From: Camelus ferus
Lineage: Eukaryota
Reading direction: 5' to 3'
Assembly: GCF_009834535.1 (NCBI RefSeq)
Contig: NC_045696.1
Coordinates: 53,446,001-53,510,000, forward strand
DNA length: 64,000 nucleotides
Below are positions 54,060 through 64,000 of the stretch, piece by piece; the first letter of the stretch is position 1; each line of letters starts with the position of its first letter. A program made the translations under genes and the position numbers. Below the pieces are notes generated by a model. The model did no database searches and had not been told where the DNA came from. It worked only from the letters and a program-made list of their open reading frames with translations.

Positions 54060-54250
54060 CCAACCCATTTGAAATACTTGCTATCCGTAAGCCACCATGC
54101 TAACCACAGAGATGACAAGAAGAAATGGACAAATACCTGTTCTCTAGAACCACACATATTAGTGGAAGAGAGAAATGGAAAAATAAGTTTCAAAATGATG
54201 ATAAGTATTAACACAGAAGTATGGTAAATGTGGCATAGGATTATATTAAA
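54060..54250 (-). mobile_element. LINE-2 fragment
   Basis: catttgaaatacttgctat...aagaagaaatggacaaatacctgttctctagaac...attagtggaagaga. Confidence 0.55.
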
Positions 54251-55186
54251 CACGTTTGTACTTTTTTTGAGTATAGAAGTAGAAGAGATATTCACCATGT
54301 TGTATAATCAAAGTAGGGTTAAGGAGGATGAAACATGGAAAGAAACCTCTAGCAGTGTCTCTATGCAATAGCGAGAGGGTTGGATGACTGGTCAGCTGAA
54401 CCTTTGTCAGTATTATTACTCGTCATGAGAACAAGAGCTAAATAACTCAGTTACTTTGTAAAGTCTTAGTGGAGAACTTTTTTAAGGCTGTTATTGAATT
54501 CAGGTATAAATTATTGGACTATATTTTAATTGCAGGGTAAATGGCATCCATATTCATGACCTATAAGTAGAAAGCAAATGAATGATATAGGACAACATTT
54601 GCATATCGTTAAGTCCAGGCTCTGACAATATCTTCCTATTTAAAACAAATATAAACTGAGGGAACTGTGAAAAGCCCGACACTTACAGCATCTTTTCTTC
54701 TGGGTTTGCTGTTCTCTTTTGGTTATTATGGTGTTTTCTGTAATATCAGTTCAAACTTTCCTTCAAGTGGAGATTCATTTCTAATAAAGCTTCATGTCTC
54801 AAAAAAGAGTGTGCTTGATAAAGTTGAGAATTGGAAAAAAAAAAAAAAACTAACCTTTTTTTCCCAAAATGATCTGATGACTTACTCCTTTGACACCAGA
54901 ATTCAAAAGACCAAATCCACAGCTTTGAAGAGGAAGGAAAAGACTGAGGAAATTAGAGAAGGCCTAAAATTTTTTTTGGCCACTTTATCACTTTAAATAA
55001 GATGGCTGTTTATAAAAGATTTACTATATAGTGTTAAATATTAATAGAGGCATGGGAGCTTAAATATACATGTACAGGGTTTCTATTCAGCAAGTATACC
55101 AACAGTCTTAGAGGCTATTAGAATATTCAGTCACTTCCATATAGGTAGGTAAATAACCACTGTTCTGAGGTTCTCAAACGCCATAC

Positions 55187-55378
55187 CTCTCAAGAACCAC
55201 TAGAGCCCAGCCCAGGGGCCGTAGGTGTGCACTTCCAGGGCGCCACACTGTTGCTTATTAATCCTTCCTGCCCTCCAGCCAGCCAGCTGCTGATGGGATC
55301 AACAGAACTCCTGGAGGTGCCTAGTATCCTAGTGGGCAAGTATTTGATGCTCATCTGCCCATCTCTGAAGGACTTGGG
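55187..55378 (-). other. Candidate 192-nt exon, probably non-coding or UTR
   Basis: About 40-nt polypyrimidine tract ending ttttccaaAG, a GC-richer body, and donor GAG|GTATGG. Stops in all three frames. Confidence 0.3.
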
Positions 55379-57154
55379 CTTTGGAAAAGCCAAGGAAGGA
55401 GAGAACAGGAGAAAAGGAACAATGTGAGCTTCTGTAGGCACTGACCTGGTGTTTCAAACACTATTATAAGGGGCAATGGGCAACATCTCAGCAACAGAAA
55501 GAAGCAGAAGGGGCTAGATGGGACTGGTGAGAGTCTGGTCCACTGGGGACGAGTGGAAGCCCCATGTGAGAGTATTTCACCATCCCTGTTGAATATAGAT
55601 AAGGAAACTGAGACAAAGAAGTATTCAGAGCTTAAACAGCAGAGCAAGAATTTTAGTCCAAGAAACCTAGCAACAGATCTTAGTGCTTACTGTCCTGCTG
55701 TACCTCTTCATGTCTAAACTGAAAGAACAGGTACCATCTACTCAAATCTAGCTTTCCAATAAGTGATGCTTATGATTGAGTCAATAATAAATGTGTTTAC
55801 TGTATTTCTAAAATATCAAATATTATATTAAGGGCTAGAATATTTTTACTGTAATTTTTGTTAGGTGAGCAGAAGCTCAAAGTGAATTAAGTGGCATTGA
55901 CGATATAATTGATGGTAAACAGAACTCTCCAAACTCTTCAACCCCAGTCACCCAGTGACTATCAGATAGATAGAAGTATCACTGGGGCAGTTTGATGGGG
56001 CTTGCCCCGTCAAGTCATGATGCAGAGTGAAGCATCATTCCCTTGCTGGCAGTAGTATCAAATAAAAGATCACACCTGAGAGAGCAGAGGAACCCAATTA
56101 TCTGCATAATCAAAATTTTGCACCATGGCTGGTATTCCTTGGTAAACAGATTTGTAATATATGCAATTGAATATGGTTAGAAAATAAAGTGGAATCTAAA
56201 AACGTTGCACTTACAAGTTTATATATTAATTTTTATTGACACAGTGATTGTTAAATAGTATTAATAGCATTGAGTCATATATGCAAAGATAAAAGATGAG
56301 AAACTATATACCATAATGTTAAAACTGATTCTATCTGGGTGTTGAAATTAGATATATATTTTGCATATACATCAATGCACATGTATTATTAGTATAAGCA
56401 GGAAAATAAGTATTTTAAAATACTGCTTTTATCCAGGCTATTCTTTTTTTCCTCAATAACTGAGAAATCATTTATGCTTTAGTGTTAAATTAAGCTTATT
56501 CTTAAATAGTGCACAGGCCAGACAATAAGTTATCATGAGATTTTGTAAACAGGTTCTTTTAACCCACTGTATTTACCACCTTCCTTAACCCAGTTTTACC
56601 TCAGAGGTCTTAGTCACACCTGGAATTGTAACACAAACGTGGAACAATTGAGATGACTTTTTCGGAACACTTTTAATTGTCCTGTTTCCTCCCTTTCTCT
56701 GCTAATACTTTTCCTGAACCACCCATTCATATATACACAAGGATCAAGTAACCAAGGAAAGAAAGAAAAAGATCTGTTTCAAAGAGATCTTGGTGAGCAG
56801 AATATTCCACAGTGTGATTAGCCAGAGGAGGACAAAATAGTTCTTGGGAAGAGGATCTTCTCAGAAGATCGCCACTTAAGAGGTCACCTTGGATTCAGTT
56901 TTATGTCTGACTGGTAGCATGTTCTCATTCTCTCCAATTAGAATCATAACATATTCAAATGGCCTGAATTGTCATCCCTGTTTTCCCTAGAAAATTGTGA
57001 ACTGACCTGAGGAGACAGCAGGGGAGAGATAAGGTTATATATTACCTTTCCATCCCAACCTAACAGAGCGCTTGTCTAACCACCCCTGTTTATTCCCAAT
57101 AGAGAAAATCTTGATGTCTCCATTTGCCCAGGACACAAGGGTACAGGTAATTAA

Positions 57155-57360
57155 AAGGTAACACTTACACAGTATTCATTACATGCCAGGCACTGTTTTA
57201 AGTACTTCATCGTTATTCACACATTTAATCCTCACACAAACCAATGATATGGCTCCACTCCCTACACCTGAGTAACTTGCTCAAGGCCATATTCTAGTAA
57301 ATGACATAACTGGGATTCAACTGCAAGCAGTCCAGTCCCAGTCTTTAACCATTATGCTAT
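57155..57360 (-). mobile_element. MIR SINE
   Basis: cattacatgccaggcactgttttaagtactt...catttaatcctcaca...gagtaacttgctcaaggcca...ctgggattcaa. Confidence 0.85.
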
Positions 57361-58284
57361 AGCGAAATGGGCCTGGGAAGAAGGCCAGGTCACATGGAAG
57401 AACCTAGATCCAATCTGAACCCATTTCATTGCTGGGAGGGTCCCTAGCTGAGAGAATTGTAAAGCATGCCTTGACTCTCACGTAATTTCTGGTTTCAGTG
57501 AACCAAAGCTTTGCTCTCATCTCAATATTGAGAAATTCCTTAGGAATTTGGCAACCAAGCTTTCCCCTACCTTTAAGTACCTGTAATAAAGAGGATATTA
57601 ATAAAAAACTTCTTCAGGGTAATATAAGAATTCACTGAGACCTTGGAATTAGATATCTAACTATCTCATGGTGGCTGAAATATAATAGGTGTCTGTAAAT
57701 GGTTATTAGACACAAAAACAAGTTGGATGATGGCACAAAGTTAAGCACTGAGGCACCACAGAATGTGATAAATGGTACCAGCCCTTAAGAAATTCATAGT
57801 CTCACAAATCTGAGCAAAGTCAGGCAGAGAACAAACCTCTTGAAAGCTAGAGAAATAATTCTCAAATAGAATCAGAATGATATGGCAGCTATCTTGAGAA
57901 AAGGCTTCTAACCACACCTCTATATTAGCTCTCTCTTCTGTATTGTATATATCCAAGGATTACATTATCCTGTTGATTCATTGTGGGTTACCATGACTTC
58001 AAATGCCATTTTCAGACTTCACCAATTGGTGGGTGCCCCAACTCATTCTTGTGAGAGCTTACACTTCTCATATTAGCTACAGCCATTTTCAGATGGATTT
58101 CTTATCCACAACAAGCTATCTTTTAATTATGCTTAATTCAAATTTATATAGAACCTTTCATAAATTACACACATACAAAGGTGATTACTACTAGTAGCAA
58201 TTATAAGTATTGTACTCTGACAATTCCAAATGGTGTATATTTGCAAGTTCATTCACATTACTATATCAGTGTTAATAAATACAG

Positions 58285-58291
<7 letters not shown>

Positions 58292-58322
<31 letters not shown>
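58292..58322. repeat. (TA)n microsatellite
   Basis: About 15 perfect TA units. Confidence 0.95.
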
Positions 58323-58325
<3 letters not shown>

Positions 58326-59152
58326 ATTTTCTAAATTTTTTTTATTATATACCTTTCTTGGGTTTCTAATTTATTTTTCTTCCTTTTAAGCATCTTGCCC
58401 ATGTATGAAGCAGCAGGATAGTGAGTGAAAAAAAACCACCTTTAAGTGATTGATGATGAAAATTTCTGGTTACTAGCACACTCAAGTTTGGGAGGGAAAA
58501 AAAAAAGGACTGTATCATTTGGGTCTTTAACACCTAAGGAATTTGCTAGTGAACTGGTGCTCATATTATTACTTCCAATGAAAATCTACTTTCTTCCTCC
58601 AGGGCTTTTCAGTGGATTTTGTAGAATAGGGGTTTCCTAGTCATTCCCATTTGTGAAAGATACTGTACTGATAAGATTTCCATGATGAATTCTCCCACTT
58701 CTGAGTTCTGAGTGATTTCTAACACCCTGATAGGGAAATGAAGCAAGCAAGTGAGGAAGAATTTTGAAAAAAGGTTATGGAAATAGCTGGGAGTCTTCCT
58801 GCTGAGCCATCCTAGAACTGGAGTTTTGAATAATGCATGTTCCATAAATCTCTGTGTCCCACTATGCCACATTTTAGAACAGGGAGAAAAAATAATAGCT
58901 ACTGTCCACACTTATCACCAATAATAAATTGCAGGGCTCCTGTGTGTGGTGGCGATTAATGCAAAATGCAACCCAAAACACATAACTAAATAAATAGATA
59001 GTTTGACTTTCATGGGGGTTATCTCTCTTCTTCCTTTCTCTCTCTCCTCTTTAAATAGAAAATACATTTTTTAAAAAATCTCTGGAACACCTCCCCTGTT
59101 CTCTTTGAGACAGACAAATGGGCTCCTTTTTTTTCTTTTTTTTTTTTTCCAG

Positions 59153-59162
59153 GCAAGGGCAG
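59153..59162 (+). other. Candidate 10-nt microexon
   Basis: Long T/C tract + CAG | GCAAGGGCAG | GTGAGT, followed by (TG)n. Confidence 0.3.
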
Positions 59163-59639
59163 GTGAGTATGTGTGTGTGTGTGTGGCAGAAGAGAGTTTG
59201 TATGAGAAAGAAAGAGGGAAGGGGAGATAAACAGAGACAGAGAGACACAGAGGCTGAGATTCACTGGCAGGGAGGTGCAGTACTGCAGAAGTCACATGCC
59301 CTGGTGGGATACAAAGGGAGAGTGGTAATCGGCAGAGTGGCTGCACGGCTTTGGGACTCAAGCATAGGCATACAACAAGTAAATTTTTAAAGGATGAATT
59401 TGCAAAGGAGTGTAGGGTGTGACTGCTTTCAGTCAGATTTTGAAATAGTTTTCATAAAAAACAACCCTACTAAATTCTTCAGAGATTAAAAATATATTAA
59501 AATGTACACGAAAATTAGATACTGATCCGGCATCTAGATAATGAAAACCCTTTCAGAAAGTGAGAAATTAAGGTCCGTCATAAATAATTGTTATCAGTTT
59601 ATACAGAACCCCCTGAGTACCGTGATGCCCCAGATGGAG

Positions 59640-59875
59640 CCATTATTTACTGACATCCTTCCATTAGCAGGCATTTTACACATAATTCATATTATTAGCT
59701 TACTTAATCTTCTCCCCAACCTTGTGATAGTTTAGTACTGTTCTCTCTGTTCAAAGGAAGAAACAGGCTCAGAGACTCAAGTAAATTTCCAATGGCACTC
59801 ATCTGCTAAGTAGCAGAGGTGAGATTTGAATTCCTCTTCTGCTAAATAACAAGACCTATTCTCTTTTCACTCATT
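59640..59875 (-). mobile_element. MIR SINE
   Basis: aggaagaaacaggctcagagactcaagtaaatttccaatggcactcatctgctaagtagcagaggtgagatttgaa. Confidence 0.8.
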
Positions 59876-59880
59876 ATATA

Positions 59881-60062
59881 TGGGATTGCCAGATAAAATA
59901 AGGCCATCCAGTTAAAACTGAATTCCAGATGAACAACAGATAATTTTTTAGCATATGTCCCAAGTATTGCATGTAATATACTTATACTAAAAATATACCA
60001 TTATTTATCCAAAATTCAAATTTGGATATTTTCTATTTTTATTTGCTAAACCTGGCAACCCT
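59881..60062. mobile_element. MER3-like palindromic hAT-Charlie element
   Basis: Inverted termini ggattgccagat / ctggcaaccct, with internal ccagttaaaactgaattccagat and tatgtcccaagtattgcatg. Confidence 0.88.
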
Positions 60063-60179
60063 TGCCAAATGTCTTCTTTGGATCCACCTGTCCATCTTTG
60101 AGAGGGAGTGAAACAATGAAAAAGAAAGCCATTCTTTATGGGAGAGAGGAGGGAGTATTGAGGCATCTGTCTCACTGAG

Positions 60180-60575
60180 TGTTAGCATGTTCCCACGAGA
60201 AAGGATTTCAATCTAAAGTGGAACCAGAGGATATGAAATGGAGAATCTCCACATGCATCCTCAGAAGAATGGAACGAAAGAGCTTAGATACTGATTTCCA
60301 TCAAATGCCTGATTTACAGAAGACCAAGACTCATCTCTTGACCAATGAACATCTGCCAAGAATCTCTCCCCATACTCAAGCCAGTGAACTTATTGCTTGG
60401 ACTCTGGCTGGACTTCCCCATCTTCGCATAAATACAGCCCACCCCAAAACCCTCAAGGACTGGCCTGTAGCTTGCTACAGAGTATGTTCCTAAATTGCAG
60501 TTCCTCTGGTATTCCTGAACAAAAGCAATTTCTAGTAATTTTAGCTTGCCTCCATTTATATTATTTAGGTTGACA
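60180..60575 (+). mobile_element. Solo ERV1 LTR (MER34-like)
   Basis: TG...CA termini, ~395 bp, TATA-like cataaata, and the typical 3' end aattgcagttc...tttaggttgaca. Confidence 0.65.
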
Positions 60576-61739
60576 CCTGCAAGGTACCTTGTGCTCTTGG
60601 GAAGATTATTAGAGTTTGCAGGATAATGTCTGACATCTAGGGCAGCAAAAGTATTGCAGTTACACTGAGTTGGGGCGGGGGGTACCTACTGAGTTGACAA
60701 GAATAACCCTGGATTTCAAACCTGCCAGTCACTAGAGGGAACTGAGTGTTCTATAAGCTCTAACATTGTCTTACCTTCTTTACTACTTGACTGATATAGT
60801 AAGTTAAAAAATAAATTTATACCCAAAGAATAGTTTGTTTCCACCCTATCCCACCCGTTCAGGACATGACTAATGTCCCAGCTCCTCATTCATGGGAAAG
60901 AAAAATGGTAGAACTGTGGGAAAATTCCTGGAACTGCTTCCTAGATAAACATTCTTGGGTATTTGAATGCAACATGGCTACATGGTTGAGATTGAAGTAC
61001 TGCCCTTGCCCATGCCCCCTGCCCCAGGTATCACTGCCTCTCTTGGCCTGCGATAGCCCATAAGGTGTCGATCATTCTTACCAGTTTTCTTCTCTCCAAA
61101 TTCTACCAGTCATAACCTCTTTGTCCTCCACCTCACTGGCCTACCGTTTAGCCTTTTTGATCTCTGCTAGGGAACTGATAAGTATAATATGAGCTAATGC
61201 GTTAATGACCATCAAAGGGTTTATCCCTTCCAGATAACATCTGCTGCCTTAAATGCTGTGACACCAAGGCATATGTAGTCTGGTAGCAGAAATATTTTAG
61301 ATCAAGGAGATGCTTTCTGATTTCACTTACATATTACATCAAATCAATGATGCCCCAACCTCCACGCCTACCTCATGCAATTTATAACCACGGTATCTGT
61401 TTCCCTCACTCCATCACACTCATCAATTTATTTAAGCGTGGTATATTAGGAAAATCAGTTTTTTTCCCTTCATAATTGATGTGTAGTTGATTGAATGGAA
61501 GAAACGAAATCTGCTGTACAGAAGCCTTGCTTAGTAAAATGAGAAATCATTAACAAAAATAACTATCAGGAAAGTAAGTTGCTGGTTCTTTCTCCTCACT
61601 CCCCCACCGTCATTCATATATATGTATATGAATGTATACTATGTATATATATAAAATCAATTCAGGTTTATCACCCTCTAGGATACCTTTTCTTACTTGC
61701 CTCATTTATATCCCTGTTGTATCCCATGTATCTTTCCAT

Positions 61740-62022
61740 CCACTGTGGTTAAACTTACGAACTCAGGAGCTAAACTGCCTAGGTGCAAATTCTGACACCA
61801 ACATTTAATAGCTCTGTGACCTGGGACAAGTTAACTTCATCTCTCTTTGCCTAAATTTCTTAACTGTGCAATGAGATAATAATGTTTCCTTCCTTATAAG
61901 GCTGCTCTGAGCAATACTCGAAGATAATACATATGGGGGAGAAGCTAGATAGATAGATATATAAAGTACACAGAATGGGGTCTGGCACACTGCAAGCATG
62001 GCATACGTGCTTACTGTTATTT
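61740..62022 (+). mobile_element. MIR SINE
   Basis: ggagctaaactgcctaggtgcaaattctgac...tagctctgtgacctgggacaagttaact...aaatttcttaactgtgcaatgagataataat. Confidence 0.88.
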
Positions 62023-62054
<32 letters not shown>

Positions 62055-62056
62055 TT
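62023..62056. repeat. (TA)n microsatellite with one interruption
   Basis: Seen directly. Confidence 0.9.
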
Positions 62057-62059
62057 TAC

Positions 62060-62170
62060 ACATCTGCCTTCCAAAACTATGAGGTTTTGGAGGCAGGAAA
62101 TTTGTGCAGTTCCTGTATAGTATTCAGTGCCCTGCCCATTGTCAGCCCTCAGTAAATGCTTGGGTAACAG
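62060..62170 (+). mobile_element. LINE-2 3' end
   Basis: aaactatgaggttttggaggcagg...cagtgcctgcccattgtcagccctcagtaaatgcttg. Confidence 0.7.
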
Positions 62171-64000
62171 ATACAGCCACATGTAGGTTCTAATGAACAA
62201 TGTGACAATATGTTTGGGCTCTTTTCTGAATTTAGAATGCCAAGCAACTGGCAACAGAACTCAAAAATAACATTTTTTCCTGTAAAAGTCTCAAGGGCTG
62301 TGGAGACCTCCAGACTCCAAGAATGAAAAATGGTTGTTTAGCTGATTAATTTGCTTATTTATCTATGCACATATAGTGTCTAGCCTGAAATGGCTCATTT
62401 TGACTGTGAACCACTTTGCTTCTATACAGAAAATCCTTCTCTGATCAAGAATTCTCTCCAAGTTATCATTTATTTTCAGTTAAATTCTCACCTATTCAAA
62501 GAAAAATATTTAGAACTACTCATTACCTATGCCTGTGTGCTTTACAAATGTATCGATTACATGTTATATATATGCATGTGTGTCTATATATGATATATAT
62601 ACATGTAGCTATAAAATAGTCTTTCTCTGACTCATGTTTTCTCAATATTTACTGTAAAAAACTTTATAAAAGACTCAAAGTTCTATATTCCCCAAAACTA
62701 AGTCCCAAAGATGCTTGCCTGAGGTATAATTAAAAAGTAGGTCACATCTGTTTTCCCTGCTCCCTTTGTAGCCAGACTTGGTACCAGTGGGCATCCACAG
62801 CCTTCATGTTTTCTTTCTCTTTCCCAAGTCCCTTTGCCTGCCAGCTGTCTCAGCCACCACTGCAGTAGTCCAAGACCATGATCTTTTTTGCTCTACTCTT
62901 TGAGGGTTACTCTTTATCAGAAATCTAACCTACTATTGTGAGCTAATGTGTAATGACTGACGCTAACTTAGTCTTCCCAGATAAGGGCCACGTTAAAGTT
63001 TATGTAACATCCAATCACACTCCCATCACAAAGTGGCATTAGGTTTCTCACCCTGAGATGGGAGGAAAGGGAGGAGTAAGAAGGGAGATGAAAGGCCTCT
63101 TAAATTCCCCTACATCTCAGCAAATCAGTTTAAATTCAACATACATGTTTGTGTTCTGCACAATGAGAAGCAGAGATGGTTCCCTACTCTCCAGTTGGGC
63201 ACCCAGTGGAAACCCATGGCCCTGACCTGGTCTATTCAGGAAGCTGTTTAGCTCCAACCCAGAGTGAATGATACCACATAAATGTCTGCAACCCAGGGAT
63301 TCACACTCACATCTAAGCATCCTAATGTACCTGTTACTCTCAATGGGGGACAGTGGCAGAGGGCAAGGACAGACATGGGTACAATGTGAAACCCTGGGAT
63401 ATTTCTTTTATGAATGTCAAGTGTCATCTATATCAATATTTCCTAGCTTTAACTCTATCCTCCAAGGTCAGAAAATTGAATAAATCACTGCAAGTACTTA
63501 CATCCGCCTCCCCCAGAACAGTACCCTTTGAATTCATGATAAAGACCTAATTTGGTTGCCCAAACTGGTGCTGTCATTCATGCCCCATCTCAGTCTTTCC
63601 TGACTCCAGGACGCTCCTCTTTGTAGGACAGAATGATGCACAGTGCCCTACTCATCACCACCACAGAGAAAGATTTTGTTCTGCTGTAAAAACCCAGGTG
63701 AACGTTACACTGTCTTTTCTTTTCCAGTGAATAGTAATGAAGAATTAATTCACTCTTTGTGATTTTTGTGGGGTGGGGGGCTTTGGCGAGATAAAATGAA
63801 TAATGAATATCTTTCATTATAAAGGACTAGTAATAGCTTACTCCAGGAAAAAAGAATCAGCAGTGGATGAGCAAATATATAAATTTCCAAAACCTAACAA
63901 CAAGAAAAGGATTATATGAGAAAAGATTCAATATAAAGGGGAAACCAAAGAACTCTCAGCCTGTTGTCATATTTCTCAGTGAGCTGTCTATAGATAATTA

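Noticed and set aside
61612..61652. Hairpin cattcatata...tatatgaatg
   Set aside because: Low-complexity TA-rich palindrome, too short for a pre-miRNA or MITE call.
1..64000. CRISPR arrays, tRNA/rRNA genes, operon-like or viral gene clusters
   Set aside because: No regularly spaced repeats, structural RNA signatures or intact gag/pol/env frames were seen. The sequence is ordinary repeat-rich mammalian DNA.

Overview
Mammalian genomic DNA, AT-rich and dominated by repeats, with no host protein-coding gene that I can recognise. The L1 3' ends and the lack of any recognisable ruminant, pig, primate or rodent SINE suggest a cetartiodactyl, most likely a camelid (inference). About 45% of the window, and about 64% of the first 39 kb, is LINE-1. 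It holds five copies that keep their 5' ends, representing three different 5' UTR types, plus older fragments. One copy (31876-39200) is young, full length, CpG-rich and flanked by a 15-bp TSD. One (28741-31735) has been compacted to about 3 kb by several internal deletions. One short copy (51693-52326) has a twin-priming 5' inversion. The rest is MIR, L2, MaLR/ERV LTR and hAT relics, microsatellites and unique sequence. The unique sequence carries a few candidate exons (minus strand 40751-41200 and 55187-55378; plus-strand 10-nt microexon 59153-59162), a CpG-decayed GC-rich segment (about 44800-45155) and a compact AP-1/double-GATA motif. Nearly all ORFs in the track are L1 pieces, their antisense shadows, or chance. 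I found no convincing novel multi-gene system. All family calls come from sequence recognition, not database searches.
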